Source: Lama guanicoe
Taxonomy: Eukaryota
Length of the DNA stretch: 64,000 nucleotides
NCBI GenBank assembly: GCA_013239625.1
Contig: MU053934.1
Span: forward strand, 93,241 to 157,240
Reading direction: 5' to 3'
The translations under genes were made by a program, and so were the position numbers. Positions 1-11,912 of the stretch are shown here, piece after piece (position 1 is the stretch's first letter; each line of letters opens with the position of its first letter). Below the pieces are notes generated by a model. That model had not been told where the DNA came from. It worked only from the letters and a program-made list of their open reading frames with translations, and did not search any database.

Positions 1-750
1 GGCTTGTGCAGGCTTCCTGGTGGGAGGGGCTGGTGCCTGCCCACGAATGGGTAGAGCTGGGTCTTGGCCCTCTGGGGGGCAGGACCGTGTCCAGGGCCAG
101 GTCTAGGGCTGGCTGTGGGCTCTGGGCTTCAGGCAGCCTGTCTACTGCCGGGTGAGGCTGTGTCCCTTCCCAGTTAGTCGTTGGGCCTGAGGCGTCCCAG
201 CACTGCTGTCTGTAGGCTATTGGGTGGGGCCGGGTCTTGGCACGAATGAGCTGAATGTTCCCTGATAGGATCATCGCTCTCCAAGACCAGCAGGTAGGCC
301 TGGCCCAGGCTGCTATCAAATTACTGCTTTTGCTCTGGGTTCCGGTGCACGCAAGTTTGTCTCTTTCTCCCAGTCCTGCGGGGCTCCTGCACTTCAGCCC
401 CTCTGGCCTTCAAAGCCAAATGCTCTGGGGGCTCGTCTTCCTGGTGCTGGACCCCCAGGCTGGGAAGCCAGAGGCGGGGCTCAGAACTCTCACTCCTGTG
501 GGAGACCCTGTGCAATATCATTGTTCTCCTGTTTGTGGGTCTCCCACCTGGGGGTATGGGATTTGCTTATATCATGAGCCCGCCCCTCCTTCTCATATAG
601 ATGTGGTTCCCTCTTTATGCCTTTATTTGCGGAAGGACTTTTCCGGTAGCTTGCGGTCTTTTTCATCAGTGGTTCTCCAGAGAGCTGGGATTTTGGTGTG
701 CTGGTGGGAGGAGGTGAGCTCTGCGTCTTCCTGTTCCACCAGCAAGGCCA
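1..750 (-). mobile_element. LINE-1 5'UTR (cetartiodactyl type); element body continues left of the window
   Basis: Reverse complement begins ...GAGCTCACCTCCTCCCACCAGCACACCAAAATC, resembling laurasiatherian L1 5' ends. GC-rich. The YY1-like start motif is degraded. Confidence 0.75.
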
Positions 751-1669
751 CTCTCCCAGTTCTTTGAATGTAAAGCATTTATAGCTATAAACTTCCCTCT
801 TAGGCCTGATTTTGCTGCGTCCCATCTCTGTATAGGTTTAAATTATTTCACAATTAATAATTGCAAATGCCTCTGCATTTGTTACTGCATTTATTCCTCG
901 CAGCACATCAGGGAGGTGGAAAAGTTGAGAATCCATAGAGACAAGAAAAAATGTAGCTCAATTTATTCAGTGCATTTCTAATGATCATGTGCCTTTAATG
1001 AGGCGAGTCCAGGATTCAAATCGAGGTCTGCTGACTTCACCCCAGTGCACTTCTCACTGTAGCTCTGTGCTCTCTTCCAGCCGAGCCTCGAGAAATCTGT
1101 AAGTATTCTAAAGCTCTTAAAAGATGTGACGTTCCTGAGGGATAATCTCAGTCCACAGACAGAACTCTGGACCATTATGGGAGCCTCCCACCTGTAGCTC
1201 CTTCTTTCCCGGTCACCTCGTGTTAGGTTAGTATTCTTGAACCAAAGAGTTCTTAAGGCCTCTCCTTTAACCAAAAGTTCTTGGTCAGCTGTTTAAATAT
1301 TTCTTTATTTTCCTGAAATTCAAGTCACCATCATTCATCTATACGCCAATGACGATAAATGCCCACTGCATATCCTCTGTCTTTTTTTCTCGGTCCTGCC
1401 TCCATGCCTACTATTCTTTGCCTGGAATGCCCCTCCCTCCTACCCCAGCGTGCACAAACTCTATCCATCTTCCAAGACCCAGTTCGTAGATCAATTCTTT
1501 TAAGTCTTCGCTGATCCCAGTGTTTGCAAGTAACCTCTCCCCTCTTCCAAGTACCCAAGCTAGTACACCCTAGCTTCTCCTTTCTCAGGATACTGACATC
1601 TCTCTGCCTTATTGTCTGTATCTGTCATGAGCTCCTTGGATGCAAGGTTCAAAATAAATACTAGCTATA

Positions 1670-1850
1670 ATGCAATGGGTGCTTACTGTGTGCTAGGCAC
1701 TGGGCATGCAATAATACTTCATTTGCTCGTATGATCCTTTTACCAACCCAGAGATGTAGGAACTATTAGTTCTATTTTATAGACAAGGACAGTGAGATTG
1801 TGAAAGGTTAAGGAGCTTGGCCGGGGTTATACGGTGTAGCAGAGATGACA
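1670..1850 (-). mobile_element. MIR SINE
   Basis: Core resembling attttatagacaaggacagtgag...aggttaagg..cttggcc. Confidence 0.6.
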
Positions 1851-1879
1851 GCTGCTGTCTGCAAACTTCATGTTTCCAC

Positions 1880-2245
1880 TGCCATAAGGCAGTGATGGCT
1901 GGGAGGCAGGTACTCAGCCCGTGATTATTTACCAGCCTGCCTCGCATCCAGGTGGGACACGTGACTAGTTCTCACCAATAAAGTCCAAGTGGAAGGGATG
2001 TGTGTCACTTCCAGGCTAAGACACTTAAGAAGCGGGTGTGCTTTCTACACCCTCTGCCTTTACCTGCCGTCTGAATACTGAGGACTCTAAGAAGGACCCA
2101 GGAAATGGAAAACTCCTGAAACTTGCTCTCACTACACCCATCAAACAGAAATAACCACACAAAACCATCACGTTAAGTGTGAAAAACTTACTAAGTCACT
2201 GAGTTTTGAGAGTTCAGACAGTAGTTGGCATTATCTTAACTAATT
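1880..2245 (+). mobile_element. Old MaLR LTR (MLT1-like)
   Basis: gtgactagttctcaccaat...tgtgtcacttccaggc motif. Confidence 0.55.
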
Positions 2246-2409
2246 CAAACAGCTAATGAGAGGTGGAACTTGGATTCCAACCCAGGGAAGCTCATGTTAG
2301 AGGCTACAATTTTGATTAAAGGAACAATGTGGAGACGTGAACCTATGAGATCCAAAATCTGCACTTTTAATCACTAAAAGCCAATGTCTCTCCTAATCTT
2401 GGCAAAGAG

Positions 2410-2565
2410 CCACCTTTACAAGGATTACCTGAGGTGCCTGTAAGAGATATAGACATAGGACCTCACCCCAGATTTTCTGACTTAAAATCTCTAGAGCTTA
2501 TGACAATGATCTGCATTATTTACAACCTCCCCAGGAGAACTAGGTGTGAGCCAAATGCTGAAAAA
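2410..2565. mobile_element. MER5-like hAT DNA transposon
   Basis: cctcaccccagattttctgactt...atctgcatt...ctccccagg. Confidence 0.5.
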
Positions 2566-3384
2566 CTCTTTTCTGTGCTATGCTGTCTCCTTCCAAATAG
2601 TTAGCGTGGTGCTTTGCACAGAGTGGGGGTCCAGCAGGACTGTGTAAATCAGTGAACAGAAGTCTGAGCCAGTAAGGAGTTTATCTGGAAAGGAACCTCA
2701 GACCTTCCATATCTTCCTGATTCCAATCCGGCGCGGTTTCCCTAAGCCCAGCTGGATGGCACTCCTTAGGGTTCCTTCTGGAGTTAGGAAAGCATTAAAC
2801 CATTGCCACAAAGGGCCTTCCGCTCTTTTTGATTCTGGAGGCCGCCTTTCAAGCTACCAGAACTCAGACCCCATGCCCGCCGGACTTGCTGTTTGCCCTG
2901 CCCTCGAGGCAGGTAATTAGTCTGAAGCTCAGAGCAGCAGTTAAGGTCCAACTCCCCCCACTGTCATCAGGGACAGTTCTGGGAATCCCAAGGGCATCTT
3001 TCATGAAGGATCCTCCTCTAACAGCCTTAGTCCTGAGAAAACAACTTTGAGATTACTTTCTGATCAAAGTCCACTATAATAACTGATTCTTGTTGTAGGA
3101 CCGATGGCTGCTAGGGTCATCCAATGGTTGGTGGATTTCATTCAGCCTTGAATTCTGCTACAGTGGGCTCTGGGGAGAAGTGCTCACCTCTCTTAATGGA
3201 AGAGGACAGAGAAAGGCCTTCTTTGGACCTGTGAGGTCGCACACAGCTGAGGCAGCTTGGAATTTATTGGGTTTGCTGCCAGCTCAAGCCATTTTCTCGA
3301 AATGACTGTCTGGGGAGAGAGGTTACGCTAATATTGTTAGAAGCTTGGAGGTTAGGTTATAAAACGATACATGCCTGTTTTGTT

Positions 3385-3627
3385 AACTTTAGTTTTTGTT
3401 TTATTTAATTTTTTTAAATTGAAGTATAGTCAGTTACAATGTGTCAGTTTCTGGTGTACAGCACAATGTCCCAGTCGTGCGTTTGCATACATATAGTCGT
3501 TTTTTATATTCTTTTTCATTAAAGGTTATTACAAGATATTGAAGATAGTTCCCTGTGCTATACAGAAGAAATCTGTTTTTTAATCTATTTTTATATATAG
3601 TGATGAATATTTGCAAATCTCAAACTC
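3385..3627 (-). mobile_element. 5'-truncated young L1 3' end with TSD
   Basis: T-rich tail then attgaagtatagtcagttacaatg. Flanked by cctgttttgtt (3374-3384) and cctgtcttgtt (3628-3638). Confidence 0.85.
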
Positions 3628-5256
3628 CCTGTCTTGTTTTAAAAGCTGTTTAAAACGTGGAAAAATCAAGGAAGAAAAAACATCAAATAAAAAGACTAAA
3701 GGAAGAGCGGGAGGTGAAGTGGAGAGTCCGCACAGAAAAAGAGAGCAAACAGATAAAAGAACTTGATATGGTGAAGAGGGAGGGAGTGGAGGTCCTGCCT
3801 TCCTCCTTTTTCGTTTGAAGAGAGTGTGGGCGTAAGGTTTTTGCTGTCCTGACCACCCCAAATTGTCGATGACCCTGGGTTTTCTTCCCCCTCTGAACCT
3901 AAAACAAGTATTTAGGTCTTACCATCTTAGAGGGTTTTAAATTGCCTGGGCATGGCACTGAGGCTGTGCATAGACTGTGCTGACTCAGGTGCTGTTTAGC
4001 AGAAGATGCAGCCACAGAAAAAGTCGATCTCTGTGTCTTGCACATTTCAACGACCCAGGCTGGCTCCCGCCTCTCCTCTCCCCATCTCCTGGAAATCCTT
4101 CAGCTGAAGCCTTCATGCTCCTTCTCTTAGGAACACAGCTGCATGTACTCCCTTGCTATTTCCAGGACAGATTCAGCCGGGCGTGGGTAGAGCAAGGCTT
4201 CTGGGCTCTGATCTGCCCTCTTCTCTCCTCTACTTCCACAGGACGGAGACCCTGAAAAACTGGAAGGTCGGGGGGGACCCTGGATTCCACTCCCCACCAC
4301 ACCTTCCCCACCACACACACCTAGAAGCAGAAGTGTCAAGCATCCTCCTTCTGTTAAGAAACTTACTAAAATTATAAGGTACATCTCCCTTCTGCTCAGT
4401 ACTTTGCCCTTATGAAAAAGGGAGGGGAAGAACCAAAAGGAATTAATCAAAAAGACTCCTTTGTCATGTATTAACATCGCGGAAGTATCACACTTCAGGA
4501 AACGTTGTCCCAGGTCCCAGGGTCCACCATGACCTGAATTGAGGGCCAGCAAACTCCCTGGTGCCGGCTAAGTAATGCGTCTGATCTCGGCCTGCAGGCC
4601 TTGTCAAAGGCAGTTCAGATTGTGACACTTGTTAGCAACGGGACAAGGGAAGCTGGTGTTCGGAAGAACCAGGAGAGGTAGGTCACAGGCTTGCAGGCTG
4701 CCAGTCCCTGTCAAAAGAAGACAGTCAGGCCCGCCAGCCAAAAGAAAGGAATCAGAATGATTATTCAGAGTCATTTGTCTGGAGGAGAAGGGGGAGAGAT
4801 TGCTTTCTTCTTTGGCAGCAAATGCTTAGGTGAGTGTGGCCCCTGCTGGGCAGGGGAGCTCCTGCCAGGTAGCTGGCTGGAAACTTGCATAGTTCCATAC
4901 TCCATGCTTCCCAGTGAAGTCCCCTCAGCATTGGTTGTCAGCGATGTCAAATGGCTCGTTGAGAAAGCTTCTACTCAGCCTCCTGACAGGAGACACTGCC
5001 TTCCTGCATCTGCTTGGTGGTCAGGGCACAGGGGTCCCTAGGCGGTGTCACCTTGTGCTCTCCAGGTATTAGCTCAGGAGATCCTTATAAAAAAACCATA
5101 TGAGGTAGCATCTTCTTTGATCCCCATTTGACAGATGAGGGCACCGAGGCACAGAGAGCCTGTGTAACTTGCCTGACATCACACAGCCAGCAAGTAGCAG
5201 AGCAGGATTTAACCCAGGTTATTTGGCTCAGTAGTCAGTGCTCTTAACTCCTGGAT

Positions 5257-5351
5257 CACGCTTCCCTGCAGTGGTCCCCTTCCGCTCAGGGGGGAGCCCC
5301 AGTCCACGCTTCCCTGCAGTGGTCTCCTTCCGCTCAGGGGGAGCCCCAGTC
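5257..5351. repeat. Tandem duplication, 48 + 47 bp
   Basis: cacgcttccctgcagtggtc[c/t]ccttccgctcaggggg(g)agccccagtc twice, with 1 substitution and 1 indel. Confidence 0.95.
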
Positions 5352-5769
5352 CCAAAGACAAGCCCAAGCAAACACGGTGGGACCTTAAGAGAAATGCTGT
5401 GTCCTCTAGTCCCGCCATCAGGGCTTCAGAAATATTGTCTGGATGTGGGAGCCCCTTCTCCAACTGCATTATCTAATTTGGTCTTCGTGACAACCCTGCT
5501 GGTTATACATTCTCTCCATTTTACAACTGGGAAAACTGAGGTGCAGTAAGTTGTGGAGCTTGGACTTGACCCCCAAACTGGCTCTTAAAAATACATATAC
5601 TCATTTCCCACCATACAGAGCATTGGATCTACATGGTGATATTACAGATGAGTTATTAATGATCACAAGTGAGGTGCTTGGGGCCAGGCGTGGACGGAAA
5701 GACCAGTTTGCTGCAGTTCTAACTGGAACGTAAACCTAGGGGCTGGCTGTGTTTCTGCACTGCTTCCTT

Positions 5770-6456
5770 TTTAAAATTTTTTTATTGAAGTATGGTTGAT
5801 TTACAAATTATGTTAATTTCTGGTGTACAGTGTAGTGATTCAGTCATATGTAATGTATACATTCTTTCTCATGTTCTTTATCATTATAGGTTATTACAAG
5901 ATATTGAATATAGTTCTCTGTGCTACACAGTAGGACCTTGTTGTTTATCTATTTTATATATAGTAGTTTGATCTGTTAATTGCAAACTCATTTATCCCTT
6001 TCTCCAACTTCCCCCCTGGTAACCATAAGTTGTCTTTTATTTCTGTGAGTCTGTCTTTGTTTTGTAAATAAGTTCATTTGTGCCATTTTTTAAGATTCCA
6101 CATATAAGTGATATATGATATTTGTCTTTCTCTGACTTCCCTTAGTTTGATCATCTCTAGGTCCATCTGTGTTGTTGCAAATGGCATTTTTGATTATTTT
6201 TTATGGCTGAGCAGTATTCCATTCTTAATCTAGTCCTCTGGTGTTGGACATTTAGGTTGTTTCCATGCCGTGGCTATTGTAAATAGTGCTGCTATGAACA
6301 TTGGGGTGCAAGCATCTTTTCAAATTAGAGTTCCCTCCAGATATGTGCCCAGGAGTCAGATTGCTGGATCACAGGGTAAGTCTATTTTTTGTTTTTTAAG
6401 AAATCTCCTTACTGTTTTCCATAGTGGCTGCACCAAACTACATTCCCACCAACAGC
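5770..6456 (-). mobile_element. 5'-truncated L1 (3'UTR plus ORF2 C-terminus) with 15-bp TSD
   Basis: ctgcactgcttcctt (5755-5769) and ctgaactgcttcctt (6457-6471), the latter followed by aa, a TT/AA endonuclease-type site. Confidence 0.9.
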
Positions 6457-6895
6457 CTGAACTGCTTCCTTAATACACTTCCTGCCTCTTGGTTCTCTTG
6501 TCTGTCAATTTTCCATTTGCTCACAGTCAGTGAGGATTTCCCTCAAATGCATTCTTCTTCTCCAAACTTAATAATGATGACAGTAATAATGGTAACTTCA
6601 ACATATTCCCATCCATCCAGTGGGTGTTTATTTAAGTACTTGTTAGAAGTGCTCACTTATCAGGATGGCTGGACTTGAATACTGGCCCCACCACCTGTTA
6701 GCTATGTGACCATCAGCAAGTTACTTAACCTCTCTGTGCCTCAGTTCTTTGTTGTAAAGGTAAAGTGGAATTGTATGTGTGAAGTATGTAGAGCAGTGCT
6801 CAGCACAAAAGTAGGAGCTCAATCAATGTTAGAGTTATTTTTAGCATTCACCAATTGTAGTGCTAGGTACCCGTGACACAGATAAAAGAGAAAAG

Positions 6896-7248
6896 CAGAC
6901 GACTGGATAAAGAAGATGTGGTATATTTACACAGTGGAATACTATTCACCCATAAAAACAACAACATGATGCCATTTGCAGCAACATGGATGTCCCTGGA
7001 GAATGTCATTCTAAGTGAAGCAAGCCAGAAAGAGAAAGAAAAATACCATATGAGATCACTCATATGTGAAACCTAAAAAAATAAATGAACATAAATACAA
7101 AACAGAAACAGACTCATACACATAGAATACAAACTTGTGGTTGCTGGGAGGAAGAGGGTGGGAAGGGACAGACTGGGAGTTCGAAATTTGTAGATACTAA
7201 CAGGTATATATAGGATAGAGAAACAAGATTATACTGTATAGCACAGGG
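6896..7248 (+). mobile_element. L1 fragment (ORF2 end plus part of the 3'UTR), no poly(A) tail
   Basis: Translates MPFAATWMSLENVILSEASQKEKEKYHMRSLIC, the L1 ORF2 C-terminus. Confidence 0.9.
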
Positions 7249-7449
7249 GAGAGAGAGAAAGGGAGAGAGACTGGGCTGGGATGGAGCCCCCTGCACAGGG
7301 CTGGGAATCTCGAAGTGCTGTTCCATCTGTGAAAAGGAGATCAACTTCATTCTCCAGCTCAGGTAAGTTTCTATATAACGGTGAATGAGAAAAAGTCATC
7401 ATGAAAAACAGAAATGTCAAGCCTGAAGCATGGATGGTAGGTGATCTGA

Positions 7450-8400
7450 ATTCACTGAATTCACATTATTACCATAATTCAGAGAACTCCAAGAAGGAAG
7501 TAAAGGCAAAAATTATTTTGAAATTACTGTGACTACAAGGATCTTAGCAGCTACAAATCCAAAACCACTCTGTAAGCATACATACACAGGCCTCCCACAG
7601 GGAAAAAGAAATATCATATGAACATAAATTCCCATCTAAAATTGCAAACTAAACAACAGAATTATTATGAGGGAAATTTAGGTAATAAAGAGGAGAATTA
7701 GTACTCACACGACATGGGAAAAAAGAAAACAACCCCAAAAAATACAAAATAATATGTAAAATAGACAAAAAAGACAAAACAAGTCATAAAAAGTAAGGAG
7801 CATGAGTAAAAAATAATACATGTATTTGAAAAATAATTAAATGAAAATTTGAAGACTGAAACAGTAGAGTCATTATAATTGAAAACAGTATGGTGGATTT
7901 AAATGGAAGATTTGATATAGTTGAAAAAGGAATCAGTAAATTGGAAGGAAATGAAGCTGATTGTGTCACAGAGAAATAAAATTATGAGCTATTTTAATGA
8001 GGACATAAAAAGGTGCAAGAATACATCTAGTAGAATTTCAGAAAGAGGATATGAATATTGAAGCAGAGAACAGAAAGGATGGGGGAGAGGCAATATTTGA
8101 AGAGATAACAGCTGGGATGTTGTCTGAAATGAACAAAGATGGCTTGAAAAGGCACACTGAATCCTGAGAAGAACAAATAAAACCCAATCCATAAAACTTC
8201 ATCACAGTAAAACTTCTGAACATCAGAGACAAAAAGAAACCATAAAAGCAACGAGAAAGAAAACAAGGCTACCCTATAAAAGAATTATGAGTAGATTGAT
8301 AGGAGAGTTCTTTACGAACAACGGAGACTGGAGAACTGTAGAATGATCCCTTCAAAGCTCTTAAGTAAAATAACTGATGTCCTGGAACTTAACGCTGGCT
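7450..8400 (+). mobile_element. Ancient L1 (L1M-type) ORF1-region relic
   Basis: A-rich and degenerate, e.g. gcaatatttgaagagataacagctg, agacaaaaagaaaccataaaagca. Confidence 0.65.
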
Positions 8401-11201
8401 CTCTCGTGTGCAAGCGCAGTGGTGAGGCACTGCACTGGTGAGCATCCTAGAGCAGTTAGTTCCAAGCCTTGCCCTCCTGGAGCAGCAAATTAAAAGGACC
8501 CTGGATATCAGAGCATAAGCCACTGACCTAGAATTCCCCCAAAAGAAAAATAAACATTTTTTCTTTCTGGAAGAAGAAAGGAAGCCCATGGCAAATAAGT
8601 TTGTGCTCATTTTAGGTTCTTAACTTACTCCAACCTCTGAGAGTCAATCCCTTCTCAGACACGGGCTGGGCTCAGATTACGGGCAGGTGACTGAACTGGC
8701 CTGGGAGGCTCTGATGGAAGACCCCACTGTTGTCTGGACTGGTCAGGAGAACACTGAAATTGTCATAGATCTCAAACAGTTTACAAGATACTGAATGAAA
8801 CAGGCAAGTTCACAATCACTATAAAGAGTGTGCTCTGAAGGAGAGAAGTGGGGTGTCTGTCTCCTCATTATCTGTAGTTCAGATCTAGCTTGACATTCTA
8901 GGTCTTTCTCCATCCTGTCCCGTTACATAATGTTTCACTGCTCTCCAAACCAATCCCTCCAAAAGGTTCAGCTGCTCATTAACTCTTAAAAACAAGTCAT
9001 ATCTGAAGAACTGTGCATTCAATAAATATCAGTTGTTTGCTGGTTGATTCATTGACTGGTTGAATAGACAAAAGCAATTCATATATTCTTCGGTCTTGGC
9101 ATCTCAGCTGTGCTAAACCACTCTTGACAGATTGTAACAGCAGCTTTCACACAGACAGATCCCACGATACCAACCATGTGCCCTGCCCTTCAAGTTGTGA
9201 CAACTTTCACTGATGGAGGATAGTACAGTAAAGGGTTTAGACACAAGCTTTGGAGCTGGGTTTCCTAGGATCCAATTGTGATTCTACCACTGGCTCTGTG
9301 ACCTTAGGTAAGATATTTAATTGCTTTATGCCTCAACACCAAACTATAGGCATAAAATTGAGACATAGCTCATAGAGTACTTATAAGAACTTAATGAAGC
9401 AATATGTGTAATATTGAAATATTCCTGATACGTGGCACATGCTCAGTGGAAGTTAGCATAAATTCCTCTTGTTTTATTAATACTGAGATCACACAGAACA
9501 AGGAAGAAACATTTGCTGTTCAACTTATATGTTATTTCAGTAAGGGAAGAGCATCTAAATGAAGATTTGGAGAGGACCATAAAATCTTCCAATTTTCTTT
9601 AATTCTACACTGACTCACAAAAATGTCGAACTATCAAGACTAGATATCATGTCTCTTGATTTTCAGTCTACCACTCATTCTATTAACTCTATCACTGGTA
9701 CAACCCCAGGCTTCTGGCTCATAACTAGCAACTTTCATCACTTTGCTACTATGAATACAACAACTGCTCTTATTAATCCTTATACTACGATTACTGCAAT
9801 CATTACTACAACCATAATTAACATGGCTGCTGTTCTCTCCTCACTACCTGACTACCAGAAACCATCTGTGCACCTGTCTTGTGCTGGGCACTTAAGAAAA
9901 AGTGTTCTCTCTAATCATTACAGCAACTCTGCAAGAATGGTATTTATCTCCTCATTTTTACTCATGAGGAAAATGTCTAAAAAACTTGCTCACCACTTAT
10001 AGCCAGTGAGCAGAAGCGTCAGGATTCAAACCTAGATCCCTCCAGCTCCCAAGACCACGCCCTTTCCTCTTCACCAATCTGCTTCTCAACCGAAAATGCA
10101 TTTGAACACAACAGAACAGATTTTTACAGACCAGAGTTTTACAGCTGTGTCTCTCAGCCTGCAAAGCAGATTGCTCCCGGTTGCCGAGCCTGGTGATCGG
10201 TGCCCATTTGTCAAAATGCCAATGTCACATTAGTGATGGAGAAAAAGCAGCTTTTTCTATATCGTACAGATGCAGTGTTCCAAGAACTGTAACAGCATCA
10301 AAGTGGGGTACACCCACTGACTTGCAGTGTTTCCCGCAAATGACAAATTTGTGCACATCCTCTGGGGACCAAAGGCAAGGATGAACTCTGTCATGATCAC
10401 CTGCAGGGAAAAAGAGGGAAAAAAAAATAACCAAGATAAAACCACCATGCATCTGTGAGTCTGGCAGTGGATGGCTTGAAGATTAGTTTAAGTCCCATTT
10501 TGCTTCTGGTGTTTGGAAAGCCTTGACCCTTCAGCTTTCTCACTTTGGCTCCTCCCTTCTAGCTCTTGGCATGGTTATTTTGATGAAATGCATCCTAGAT
10601 GATGGCCTCACTGGAATCTAGTTGACAGAAACACAAAGCAGTACATAGGAGAAGGAAGGTGTGCGGCGTGGAAGCCGCAGATGAATGGGGCCCATTGGAA
10701 AGGCGGGGTGAAAAATGAGAGAGTGATGGTAGCCATTTCCCAGGGTGCTTGACTTACAGACTCATAAGTCTTCTAGGACTTGGCGATTGTGCTTCAAAAT
10801 GATGGAGAAAAATGAGAAAGTGGCTGCACACCAAATACAACCTAGCTTTCCAAGAGTAGGAAGCCAGAGCCCACACTCGTGCCCCATGTGGTATATCTGT
10901 GCACCATTCATCACCTGGGCAGGGGATTCGCCGGCCTTGGAAACTTCTGCAGAGCTTCAAGTTAGGATGTGCTTTGAATTCAGAGTTACTACAACTCATT
11001 TAAATTCTCACTTTTCTAAGGGTTGTTGACTCTTATCAGGAACTGGTTTACTAAGGCAGGTTCAGACACTGAGCATGCAAAGGAGGAGGAGGCATTCTGA
11101 AGGGCTCTAAGGAGAGAGAACACAGTGAGGGTGGAGGGGAGGTGTGGTAAATGTCCAGATACAGGAAGTTACTTAAGTCAGATTGTTAACAGCTTACGAG
11201 G

Positions 11202-11362
11202 TGGTAGTGATGGTGGTGATGATGATGATGGAGATGATGACGGTGATGATGAGATAATGATGGACATGATGATAATGGAGATGATGATGATGGAGATGAT
11301 GATGATGATGATAGAGAGGATGATAATGGAGATGATGATGATGATGGAGAGGATGATGATAA
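11202..11362. repeat. Imperfect (GAT)n / (ATG)n trinucleotide repeat
   Basis: Directly visible; it abuts a MIR-like start at ~11363. Confidence 0.95.
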
Positions 11363-11912
11363 AATAATAGCAGTGACCACTTGCAGAGCATTTATTCTAT
11401 GCCAAGCCTCTGCTAGGAACCTCCATATGTGACAGGTGTCATGTACTTTCTCGCCCCTCAGGCCTCCCTCTGGCCTCCATTCTACATCCTATGTTTTTAG
11501 TCGTCCCTCTGTTTTTATTTGTTTGGCCTCAGGTTTGAAAAGTCTAGGTTGTGTGGAGCCCCAGGGGACAGAGAATGCATGAGCAGATTTCCTTGGCTAG
11601 AGGCAGGATTGCAGATGAGAAAAGAGATCCCAGACTAGGATGAAGAGACGGTATCAGATGGGGCACAAAGATTTGGTCTCTAAGAAAAGAGTCTCATAGC
11701 TGGACACCCTGAGAGATGGCTGTACTAATTTGCTAAGGCTGGACTGACAATACAAAAGGTCTTGCTCATGCTACGTGTCTACCACGTGTCAGCAAGGAGT
11801 CTCTGCTCAGCATGGTTGCTCAGGGGTCCAGTTGCTGACGCCTCCATCCTAATGTTTCCTTGTACAATTATCAAGGGAGAATGAGACCGTGGCATATTGA
11901 ACACTGACTCTT

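Noticed and set aside
9649..10002. Thr-rich, mucin-like 117-aa ORF
   Set aside because: Degenerate ACT/ACC low-complexity tract running into MIR sequence, with no splice or gene context.
11125..11391. Poly-Asp/Met, poly-His and poly-Ser ORFs
   Set aside because: They are just translations of the (GAT)n repeat.
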